Assembly (NCBI GenBank): GCA_028534125.1
Contig: CM052817.1
Span: 95,296,001 to 95,360,000 of the forward strand
DNA from: Lama glama
Lineage: Eukaryota
Direction of reading: 5' to 3'
DNA: 64,000 nt
The notes under the pieces are model-generated. The model searched no databases. It saw only the letters and a list, made by a program, of their open reading frames with translations, and was not told the origin of the DNA. Both the position numbers and the translations under genes were made by a program. Shown here piece after piece: positions 12,862 to 23,410 of the stretch. Within the stretch, counting starts at the first letter, position 1, and each line of letters begins with the position of its first letter.

Positions 12862-13322
12862 CCTGAAATTTTTAGAAAAAAGATTCATTCCTCACACAAA
12901 GTCTGTTTCTGAATTTCCCAAAAACTGTGGAACACTGAGATTGGGAGACGAGATAATCAGGATTTGGAAATTTTCAACATACGTAAAGCGTGGTGCGTTT
13001 CCCCCCATGGAGAGCACGGTCGGCTGGATAAAAGAGAAGCGGCGTGTAAAAGCTGTAAGATGAACAGGCAGGTGCAGATCCTGAGGCAGGGGGGCACCTA
13101 AAGTAGTGAAGGGAGTGCAGAACCAACCATCTAGATGTTGATGCATAAAAATCAGGATTCTAGTCTGGAAACCTAAGGTGAAAAGAGAGGACCCTGATCA
13201 ACTTACACAAAATCATAAACAATGACAAGAGAAAAGAAGCAGCTAAGCTCATTCAAGATTTAAATTTGCTCAAGTGATCGTGCTTCCAGATCACGAGGAG
13301 GTCAATCTGGAGTACAGTCCCA

Positions 13323-13400
13323 GCACACACAAGGTCCTGGGTTCAATCCCCAGCACACCCTCTAAAATGAATGAATGAATGAATGAATGAATGAATAAGC
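13323..13400 (+). mobile_element. 5'-truncated vic-1-type SINE with (TGAA)n tail
   Basis: AGGTCCTGGGTTCAATCCCCAGCAC (B box); TSD GAGTACAGTCCCA (13310-13322) / GAGCACAGTCCCA (13401-13413). Confidence 0.85.
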
Positions 13401-14055
13401 GAGCACAGTCCCATTAAGACTAAGAGGAAAACAATAGGCTTCTGATTGACTGCTTTGTGGCTCTCAAGGAATTGATGACAGCAAACATGGAAAAAAGAAA
13501 CAACAAAACTTATTTCAGATTTCTAAATCTTAGCCCATAAAACAAAGTGTTACTTAAGAATTCAAAAGCTAAGAGCACTGGGAGCTGGAATCCTTCTTGA
13601 CTCTTAATTGCCAGGCCCAGCCCGCGGCCACCAGCAAAGAATTCTGCCCAGAATACTCTGTGCTTCCAGCTGGAGAGTTGGTGTGGGGCCTCAGGTGACC
13701 CTGGCTGTGCAGCAGAAAGATGGAAAGCTCTGAATAATCTAACCCTGTTCCACATTTGAGGCCTACCCAAGTCAACCAGCAGATGCCAGAGCAAACAGAG
13801 ACATCAGATATTGATTTTGGAAACTTATCCCAGAAAACTGACCTGGGCCAAAGAGAGTTTAGCATTCTGGATGTGAATGAGGAAGGCAGTGGCCTGTCAG
13901 AGGACCACTGACTTCCTTCTACCCAGCAGCTCGAGTCAGGGAGACCTGAAAAGAGAGACTTCCACCCTGGCAGAACCAGGCCCGGCACGCCAGGTGGATA
14001 ATGGACGTCATGATTAATGAACAGACCCTAAGACACAAGCAGAAACTGCCTTAGT

Positions 14056-14149
14056 GGGGGAGGGTATAGCTCAGTGGTAGAGTGTGTGTTTAGCATGCAT
14101 GAGGTCCTGGGTTCAATCACCAGTGCCTCCATTAAAATTTAAAAAAAAA
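14056..14149 (+). mobile_element. vic-1-type SINE (short-tail form)
   Basis: GGGGGAGGGTATAGCTCAGTGGTAGAG...GAGGTCCTGGGTTCAATCACCAGTGCCTCCATT + A tail. Confidence 0.92.
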
Positions 14150-14285
14150 CTGACAAATTTTTATGATCTTTATACTAATAAAAAAGCCAGCTTAAGCAAA
14201 TAAAATGGAGTACTTACTTCCTACTATATGGGAGAATCAAGGAAGTACAGATCACCTAATGTTCTACTGCAAAGCATTCCTGGAA

Positions 14286-14388
14286 GAATCTGAAAAAAAT
14301 ATATATGTATAATTAAATCACTTTGTTGTACACTTGAAACTAACATTGTAAATCGACTACACTTCAATAAAAATAAGAATTAAAAAAA
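14286..14388 (+). mobile_element. L1 3' end insertion
   Basis: TGTACACTTGAAACTAACATTGTAAATCGACTACACTTCAATAAAAA + A tail; degenerate TSD AAAGCATTCCTGGAA / AAAGCACTCTTAGAA. Confidence 0.85.
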
Positions 14389-14694
14389 AAAGCACTCTTA
14401 GAAACACATGTAAAAGTAGATCATTATACAGCAGGCTATTCTTTCCTGTAGGGATGAGATTGTAATTCGGGGCTGATTCCTAATCTAGCAATAAATTATA
14501 AGGCAAAGCTCCGTGAATAAATTTTTAAATCTTTAAAATAAGAAACGTGTGCTCCATCCATGTTCCCATAAGGTATACTTAACGTATTGATTACATAGAA
14601 GCCTGAAGAACTATAAACTCTCTATAAAGTACATAAAAAATACAACTGCCATTTCAAAATTTCTTTATTTCTAAAAATGTGCTGCTAGAACATA

Positions 14695-14915
14695 GATAAC
14701 AGCAGTTGCCTGCATTTTTATGAGCACTTACTGAATGCCACCCCATGCGAAAAGCTTTACCTGCATTTAATGCTCTCAACAAACCTGTAAGGAAACAGAG
14801 GCTTAAAAATGGTAACATCATTTGTCCAAAGACAATTATGTAATTAGTAAGTGAACTGGGATTTCAATCCAAGGCATCTACTTCTAGAACTGATGTTCTT
14901 GATGCTGTGCTGTGC
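14695..14915 (-). mobile_element. MIR SINE
   Basis: TTTATGAGCACTTACTG...AGGAAACAGAGGCTT...CTGGGATTTCAATCCAAGGCATCT. Confidence 0.75.
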
Positions 14916-15204
14916 AACCTAAAACAGTAAAATTCAAGCACTTCACATATCCATGGAAGGCATCAGAGAGCATTTAGCTCAGTTCCTTTATGTAAGGTAA
15001 GATCAGAGAAGAGAAATTAGTTATGAGAGTTTCTCAGTGACAGAGCCAAGGCCAGAATTTTACTGATTTCTAGATCCAGATTCTTTCCACCTCCCCCAAC
15101 TGACTTGAGACAGTCCCTTCTCCTTTGAGTCAACCAATTTTAAGACATGGCATGATTTCCATGCACAAAATGAATACCCAAACTCCCTGAAGAATACCAG
15201 CTAT

Positions 15205-15580
15205 GGTCAGTTACCTAACCTATTAATTACCTCTTACCTCAAAATTTAGTGTTTTTAAAACAACAAATTCATCCTCTCACATTTTTGTGGGTAGGAATTC
15301 AAGAGTTGGGCCTGTGTTGTCCTGGCTCAGGATCTTTCATCTATTTGCTTTCAAGCTGCTGGTGGGGGCTACAGGCATCTGAAGGCTTGACCAGGGCTGG
15401 AGGATCCACACCCAAAATGGCACACTCGAATGGCTGTTGGTGGGAGGCCTCTGTTCCTCACCAGGCAGGCCTTTCCATTGGCTGCTTGGTGGCATGGCAC
15501 TCAAGTGGAGGGGAGTTAGATTCAACTTCCTGAAAGTAGAGGAGTATCAAAGAATTTGTGCACAGATTTTAAAACCGTAG
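15205..15580 (-). mobile_element. MaLR MLT1 (F/G/H-like) solo LTR
   Basis: CAAAATTTAGTG...TTAAAACAAC...CATCTGAAGGCTTGACCAGGGCTGGAGGATCCAC...TCAAAGAATTTGTG..ATTTTAAAACC typical of MLT1. Confidence 0.8.
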
Positions 15581-15593
15581 CTACCTAGCAGAA

Positions 15594-16288
15594 CTATTGT
15601 AAATAGTGCTGCTGTGAACACTGGGGTGCATGTATCTTTTTGAATTAAGGTTCCCTCTGGATATATGCCCAGGAGTGGAATTGCTGGATTATATGGTAAC
15701 TGTATTTTCAGTTTTTTAACTGAAATATTATCTCCACTATTTTCCATGATGGCTGCACCAAACTACATTCCCACCAAAAGTGTAGGGGGGTTCCCTTTTC
15801 TCCACACCCTCTCCAGCATTTATTTGTGGACTTTTTAATGATGGCCATTCTGACTAGTGTGAGGTGATGCCTCACTGTGGTTTTGATTTGCAGTTCTCTG
15901 ATAATTAGTGATACTGAACATTTTTTCATGTGCCTATTGGCCATGCCTTCATTGAAGAAATGTTTGTTTAGGTCTTCTGCCCATTTCATTGGGTTGTTTG
16001 TTTAGTTTTTTTTTTGTTATCGAGTTGTATGAACTGTTTGTATATTCTGAAAATAAAGCCCTTGCCAGTCACACTGTTTGCAAATATTTTCTCCCATTCT
16101 GTAGGTTGTCTTTTCATTTTATTTATAGTTTATTTTGCTGTGCAAAAGCTTATAAGTTGAATTAGGTCCATTTGTTTATTTTTGCTTTTATTTCTATTGC
16201 CTTGGTAGACTGCCTTAGGAGAACACTGCTAAGATTTATGTCAGAGAATGTTTTGCCTATGTTTTCTTCTAGGAGGTTGATAGTGTCT
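15594..16288 (-). mobile_element. Young L1 ORF2 C-terminal fragment lacking both ends
   Basis: Minus ORFs read [10 protein letters not shown]...[46 protein letters not shown] and LPYNPAIPLLGIYP...DTCTPVFTAALFTI. Confidence 0.93.
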
Positions 16289-16289
16289 C

Positions 16290-16720
16290 GAATAGTGACC
16301 GGTTTTTAAAGGGGCCATATGACCCAATCTCAGAGAGAATTCATCAAGGGAGGTCTATCGGAGACTTTCTGAGAAAGATTTCCTTCCTCTTAAAAAGACA
16401 CACAGAGGAAGAGTGTTACCTTCCGCTGTGGGACATTTTCATGTGTTAATGGGCCACCTGGTGCTGCTGCAGCCACCTTGCAACCATCAGGAGAGCTAAG
16501 TCTGAGGACACAGGAAACATGCTCAGGGGATGACAGAGAGGACAATTAAAGAGAACCTAGGTCTTGATGATGTTGCCAGGTCATTGCATTAACCAGCCCT
16601 GGAGAATATTCCCAACCTCTGCAGTTCTTGTTACGTAGGTAATATATGTTCTTTATTGTTTAAGCCATTTTGAGTTGTGATTTCTGTTGTTTTTCAGCCA
16701 AAGGCCACACTGCCTGATAA
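16290..16720 (+). mobile_element. MaLR MLT1 (J/K-like) LTR, 5' part apparently missing
   Basis: GCCATATGACCCAAT...GCTGCTGCAGCCACCTTGCAACCA...TTGTTTAAGCCATTTTGAGTTG. Confidence 0.8.
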
Positions 16721-17269
16721 CCTGTATAGGACTTAATTCCTGCTCCAAAAGGTGGAGATAGTGCTTTTCGTGACACAGTCCCAGGCTAGAGTCACAAAGC
16801 ATTTAGTAACTCAGAATCTGCAATGAGTAACACAGACTTATAAGGACTTTCCAGAATACAAGGACAAAAAATGCTTTTCCCCATTCTCAGGACAATACAC
16901 ACACCCACCCACCCCAACATTTTCTAATTATTTCCCATTATTTTCTGATCATCTTTGGAAACTCCAGAGTTGGCTAAAAAGAAGGAAAGAGAGGAAGGAT
17001 AAAAGTTTGACCTCCTGGTATTCCTCTGCTCATTCTGGACCTATCACCCAAACCATTCTCTGTACTCCCATCTTCTCTAAGTAAGCGAAATCTAACTTCC
17101 TTTCCAGGGCGTTTCAAGTCACATCTTGTTCAAGAAATCTGAGAGCACAGCAGTTCATTTTGCTTTGATCTGTAATTCCTCTGGAGTCATAGTAACACAT
17201 TTGCTAACCACCTGGAGACATCTCTTGGGTTATGCAGTCCACATTGCTTTTTCTCTTGTTGGTTTCTTG

Positions 17270-17385
17270 CCTTCCCTAGTACATTCTAAACTTCCCTGAG
17301 CTCGGAGACTCTATTTCATTCTTTAGAGATTCATCTGGTGCTTACCTGCACATGGTGGATGTTTACAACCATGTCTTGATATACT
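17270..17385 (+). mobile_element. Probable L2 3' end fragment
   Basis: Degenerate CCTAGTACATTCTAAACTTCC...GCACATGGTGGATGTTTAC. Confidence 0.45.
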
Positions 17386-19062
17386 GATTTAAAAGGTAAG
17401 TGAAAATAAGGGGGTAGAAAGAAGAGACAAAGAGGAAAACGTAGGAATGCGTGTAATCTTGATTTGGCTTATCTTAGAATTTACAAAGTAATGATCTGGG
17501 TGCAGTGTGATTTGGATGGTTTAGGATTCCTAACACAATCATGTTATTTTCCCCGTCATTCCTGCACCTGGGTATCAGACAGGGAGGCTGGGGAAGCTGA
17601 ACTGGTTCAGGGATATAGATCTGCCGGGCTGTCCAAATGAGACCACGTTCTCCAGTTTTCTGTAGCCCCCGGTGCTTTCAGTCATGGCCTGCTTCGCTCA
17701 AATGCGTTTTCAGCCTGGCCCCTTTAAGCACTTGGGTTTCTAACTACTGCTCCTCAGGGTGCAAAATAGCAGTAAAAGCAGTTAGTACCACTGTAATTTT
17801 TGTCAAGGAATTCGTAAGCAGGTCCCAAATGGACCTGATGAATTCCCATAATAGAACACAAGGTAATTTCCAGGCACAGTAGCCTCTCCTGGCACTTCCT
17901 TCAGCCCTAAAAAAAATGCCATTTGTCCTATAGGCCCCTGCCAAATGCTGCATTGCTCCCTAGAGTAATGTCATTTACCTTCAGGGTTGTACAGCCAGGG
18001 CTGTAAATCCCATGTTTGCAGTCACTTATTTTCAGAAGGTCTAGAAGGGGAAAGTCTCAGCAGAAGTGTCTTTAGCATACCAGAGGACTCTTTTTCTAAA
18101 ATTTCTCCTTTGACCCAGACTTGCAGTTTAAATCATCAGATACACAGGTTGCAGGAAGATGCTTACAATTCAATCAGCTATCATAGGATTGTTTCCGTAT
18201 ATATAAACAAAAAAATAGATGGAAAATTATTTAAGTAAAACAGAGAATCATAGTTCTTTCTGGACAACTGCTGGTAGTGATGTTTCTAAAAAACAAAAAT
18301 CTCCAGGCAACCAGATTTTCTTCTTTTTTCTTTTATTTCCCTAATCTTTACCCACCCCCCTTTGTTTTTCTCACTTTGTGCTTTTTTTTCAACTCCTTTA
18401 AAAAATACGCTGTCTGTCCCCTCCTTCTGTCCCTCGCTTTATCAGCAGGTTTCCTTGCCACTAATGACCCAACAATTGTAAACAAGTAACATGCCCCTTG
18501 TTTCAGCTTTTCTCTCTCACCCAGGCACTGGAACTCCCTTTAGAAACTGTGATTGTAAAAGCACATACATTGTTTGATGTATCTTCAGAATATTGTATGA
18601 GGAATATTCAGTATGTTTCTCCATGAACCCTCCAGTTCTGCCAGATGTCTTCCGTGGTGAATGAGTCTTTGGACCACGCGGTCCCTCGTGGGCAGCCTTG
18701 TTTATGATACTAGTTTTGGCTAGGTGGTGGCCTTGAGCTCACAGCTAAGAACATACTGAACATTTTTTGCCCCACACCTTTGATTTAATTAATGTACAAA
18801 CAGGAACAACAGACTAAGTGGACTCAGCTGTTGTGCTGAGGGCCGCTTCCCTGAGTCCGCCTCTCTGATCCCCAGAGAAATGGGATCCCATCGTTTCTAA
18901 TGTCTACTGCTGCCTGATCGTGGTCCTGATTGGCCCCCCTCCCAGGCTAAAGGAAACTTCCTTTCTTTTGGCTGGTGTGACTGTAAACCCAGGTATAATC
19001 AAACACTAAATCTGAATTCAAAGGCAGCCATTGTTTCAAAAATAACAATGCTGCTTAACTCT

Positions 19063-19253
19063 CAGCGGTGATTCTCAGATTTTAGTGTGTTTGGAAATGA
19101 TCTGAGGATGCTTTGTACAATGCAGAGTCCCGTGCCCCACCTCAGACAGCTGAAACAGACTGGGAAAGTGATTTTCAGGAATCTGTATTCCCAGTAAGCA
19201 CCCCCAGGCAATCACAATGAAGGAAATGTAATAAACTAGGCTGTGAAACAGTG
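19063..19253. mobile_element. MER5-type hAT MITE
   Basis: CAGCGGTGATTCTCAGATTTTAGTG...ATGCAGAGTCCCGTGCCCCACCTCAGA...CAGGAATCTGTATT. Confidence 0.65.
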
Positions 19254-20002
19254 TCTTAGAGGATAGATTTTCCTGGTTCTAATGATAGGGAAAAGATGCT
19301 TATTTTAATAACGGTTCATTTCATTGGGAGATCTTATTCATCCAAAAAACCGTATGCCAGCATTGTGTTCTGTACCATTCTCTCATGTATATAAAAATCC
19401 TTATGCTTTCATTTTCGTTCAGTTCATCTCACAGGCATTAGAACTTCAGTAAAAGGTCATTTGTAGGTATATGTACATACTTATCATGTACTAACTTACT
19501 GCATTAATGTGGAGATGCATCATCCTGGAAAAAATGAGAAGCTAATCTGTATAATGTTTCCACCCACCAACAAGATAAAGAAGTTGATATATATTATTAT
19601 ATATAATACATAATGCATAATCTATATTATATCTATAAAATACTTAGAATAATGCCAGGTGGATAGTAAGAAAAGACACTGTCTTCATCATCACCATTAG
19701 CATTCTAATGAACTGTCTGTATTCATTACACCACTTTTGGTACAGGTTTTTGACAACTCAATAATCCATTCTAAATTCTTTCATCGTATCACTGTTGATG
19801 ACATGTTCTATAATTAATGTTGAAATGAAGATTTAAAAAATGTTTTTGATCACTTTGGTTAAATGAATTTTGGTTAAATGGGTTCAGTGTAAACGACTTT
19901 TCTTCACGCAGATTGGTCACATCAAACTTGGATCTCTTTAATATTTTAAGGAGATAGGACCAATTCTAATCTGTTTTAACACTTATCTTCTTAAATACAA
20001 CG

Positions 20003-20337
20003 TGTTAGACCAGGTCTTCTGGGAAGCAGACACCAAGACAGTATCAAACACGCAAGGATTTTTTTTTAAGGAAAAAGCCTGAAGGAGAGAAAATGGGGAG
20101 AGGCTGGGGGAGGTGTCAGATCACAATGCCAGTCGCCCCCTGGGTGAAGGCGAGCGGGGGAAGGTCAATGGGAGGGTCTTAGCCTCGCAGCCTGGGGAGC
20201 CCTGCGTCCAGATCTGCTGGTGGTTGACTAGGAGCCTCTGTGGCTGCTTGGCCTCGGCAGGAAAGCAGCAGTGGAGCCCAGAGAACAGCACCCCAAGTTC
20301 AAGGTCAGCCAGGCACACGTTCCCGGCCCCATGCCAC
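20003..20337 (-). mobile_element. ERVL LTR (LTR33-like), partial
   Basis: GTCTTCTGGGAAGCAGACACCAAGACAG; shares sequence with the copy at 33553-34033. Confidence 0.7.
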
Positions 20338-21734
20338 CTCCATGTAGCCCCGGGAGTGAGGCCCCAATTCTGTTCTTAAAGTGTAAAATGTAAGCATCAT
20401 CAGAAAAGATTTTCATTTGTCAACGAGGACGTCTCACCCCCACACCTGAGTTGCTGGAATCACTGAGTTTCAGGCCGCAGAGGTGGAGGGACGTGGCCCG
20501 TGGGGGTCTGAGAGGGACCCCAGTGCCTGGGAAGGGAGGATGGAATCTTTCCTAGCAGCATCCGGAACAGACTCACTTCAGGTTAATCATTCTGCTCCTA
20601 AAGAATGTCCCTCTGCAGACGGTTTCATGGACACTCTGAAAAGCATTTGAAAGAGAGTTTTCTTGTGGCCGTATTCCAGAAGGTTCCCAAAGAGGACTTG
20701 CTATGAATGGATCTCATGGAAACAGGCAGGGACGTTCCAGGGATGGCTCCTGGCTGAGCAGATGCTGTCAACGCTCTGTCCTTTAGTCTTCTCTTTCTCG
20801 TATTTTTCCCTTGTTCCATCACGCCAGCCATTGCTCTCCCACAAAATAAGAGAAGTGTGGCAGATCCACTGCCTTTATGTTGCTGAAGCCCCAGGACCCG
20901 GTCAGGTACAACTTCTTCCATCCTCTCAGCTCCGGCTCCAGCTCAGGCCGAGCACACAGATCACACACACGGCACCCAATAAGTCTTGAGAGCGTGCCTA
21001 CACACACATACCTACCTATGCATACGTAAACACACATAGTATACACGTGTGTGTAAAACTGCTGGGACTAAAGAGGAAACCCCTCCTTTCCTCTGGCAGA
21101 CCTGGGACCACCATGCAATTCACCTGTCATTTTCCAGCCCTTGACCTCTTGACCTGTCTGTGGGGTGGCCTGGTGGCCACCCTCAGACCTCAGCACCTCA
21201 CTCCTGCTCTCCTCTTTCCTCCTACCCACTCATGCAGGTTGGAGAAGGATGGAGAGGTGGGGGCAGGTGGAAACGGAGAACAAACAGGAAATCTTCAGGA
21301 CGACTCCCATGTGTCCCTGACAGGAGTGGAGGGACAGAGGGAACACAATAGGAGGTATACTGCTGGCCTCTCAGATGCCAAAGACCAACTGCGCCCGCTT
21401 CTCAGCTTAGCTGAGGGCCGGTGTGTATACAGAGCAGTTATTGTGCTGAAGAGAACTGAGGCTGAAGTCCAGCCAGAACGGTACCCAAGGCTTTCAAGCC
21501 TGCAAATTCAACAGCTTGGCTTTGAGTTTTGTTTCTTGAAAGAGGAGTTGCCTTACCAGACCTGGTTGCTTTTCAAAAACATGGTTTTTGTTTGTTTGCT
21601 TTAGGACAGAAATATTGTTACTGCTATCTTGAAAGTAGCATTTAATCTGATTACTTCTAAAGGATCAAAACCTATCCTCTCTTTCATGCTCTAACACTGT
21701 CTTTTGCAAAGGGTAAGTTAAGGAGCAGCATTTT

Positions 21735-22055
21735 TGGTTTTTTTTAGCGTTAATTGGCTTCTTTAATTCTGCTCTTATTTCTGTAAATCTTTTTTTTTCA
21801 ACTTTTTTTTGAGTTATAGTCATTTTACAATGTTGTGTCTCAGCAATTTTTTTTAATTGAAATATAGTTGATTTACAATGTGGTGGTAATTTCTGGTGTG
21901 CAGCATAGTGATTCAGTTATACATATATATGTATTCCTTTTCATATCCTTTTCATTACAGGCCATTACAAGGTACTGAATATAGTTCCCTGTGCTGTACA
22001 GTAGGGCCTTGTTGTTTATCTAGTTTATATACAGTAGTGTGTATCCGCAAATCCC
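21735..22055 (-). mobile_element. L1 3' end with probable 3' transduction and an extra internal L1 tail
   Basis: L1 3' UTR ~21847-22055, second tail 21790-21839, unique 21746-21789, T-tract 21735-21745; TSD GAGCAGCATTTT (21723-21734) / GAGCTGCATTTT (22056-22067). Confidence 0.8.
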
Positions 22056-23194
22056 GAGCTGCATTTTAAAGAGTAGAGATTTCATTACATGTAATGCTTC
22101 TGCAAAGCAAGGCTGCAACTGCCAAATACTGTGTGAAAAACTGAATTTCCATCCTCTTCCAACAGCTGACACTCGTCAGGGCTCGTGCATGAGGGCGGAG
22201 GGGGAGGGGGAAGGGGAAGGGCAGGGCCGTGGTGAGGGAGAGTTGGAGTAGGAGAGGTGGGGGTGGCCTGAGGCTAGAAATGCACAAGGCAAGAAGCCGA
22301 GGTCAGGCCAACGCTGGGAGAGCAGCAGAATTCCAGGCTGAGGGTGGACCTCTGAATGCTTGGAGATTTTGTTCAGATCCACTCTGTTCCTCCTTCTCTC
22401 CCTTCCTCCCCTCAGTCCTGACCAGCAAGTAGATTGACCTGAAAACCATTTGCAGTTAGGAAAGCTCAAGAAATTCCACTAGTTCTTGGTTTGGACCAGG
22501 TCAGAAATAACAGAAAATAAAGAAAAGGAAGAGTCTTCTAGAGCACAGAGCTTGAGGGCTGTGAGATCAAACCAAGAAATGTGGAAGACTGGCACTTAAC
22601 TCTTACACAAAGCTTTTCATCTGCAAAGGACACGATAAGCATGAACTAAGTTTCACGACCATGCCGTGAAGCAGAAGTCTTTTTATCTTCATTTTATGGC
22701 TGGAGGAACCAAGAATCCAGAGTAGACATCATTCCACGGAGGCCAAAAAGAAGATTTGGGAGCTGGTGTCCGTGGGCTTTGCTAGGCGTGGTCGGTCTGG
22801 CCTTGCCTCCAGCTCTTTCCTCTGTCACCTGAACTTGACTGTTAGCTTAGTGCTCGTAGGAGCTCGCAGTTTAATAGCACTGGCGGGCTCTAAAGTGTAT
22901 CTGCCAGCCAGATGGGAGGCAGCCCTTTGCAGGAGATGAAGAGACCGGCTTGGGAAGGAGACAGGCCTGGGTTAGAATCCCAGCTCTCCCGTCTGCCCTG
23001 GGACCTTGGCTAAGACTCAAGTCCCCCATCTGCTATGTGGTGAGCAACTCCCTTTCCCTCTTGTCACTAAAGCTAGAGACTTGCCTTCCGTATTTCAGCT
23101 GCTCCCCAAATTTCTCAGGACCCTGCCTCCTCTATTCCGCTCCTTTGCTCACCTCAAAGCCTATTAATTGGAAAAGAGATAGTGGGGCTTAGCG

Positions 23195-23410
23195 ACTGGT
23201 TCCCAAACTGGGCTGTGCACCAGGATTAGGGAGCTTGTTAAACACACCTGGGCCTTATTCTTGGCGATTCTGATCCAGTAGGGCCCTGGCATTGGTTTTT
23301 TGTTTTATTTACTTGTTTTTAGTTCATTTGTTTGTTTTTTAACATCTAGTTAATTCTGATGCAGCACAGATTAGACCAGCACCTTCAGCTCCAGGGCTAA
23401 GGAACCCCTC
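23195..23410. mobile_element. MER5-type hAT MITE (diverged)
   Basis: CTGGTTCCCAAACTGGGCTGTGCAC...GGGAGCTTGTTAAAAC...GATTCTGATCCAGTAGG...AATTCTGATGCAGC. Confidence 0.6.

Noticed and set aside
14056..14131. tRNA-Ala gene call for the SINE copies
   Set aside because: Each has mutated stems, an A-rich tail and often a TSD; these are SINEs, not tRNA genes.
19730..19920. Possible ancient DNA transposon remnant
   Set aside because: Could not identify TIRs or a family with confidence.
21047..21604. 185-aa + strand ORF
   Set aside because: Non-ATG start in a TG repeat, no recognisable domain, no clear exon structure.
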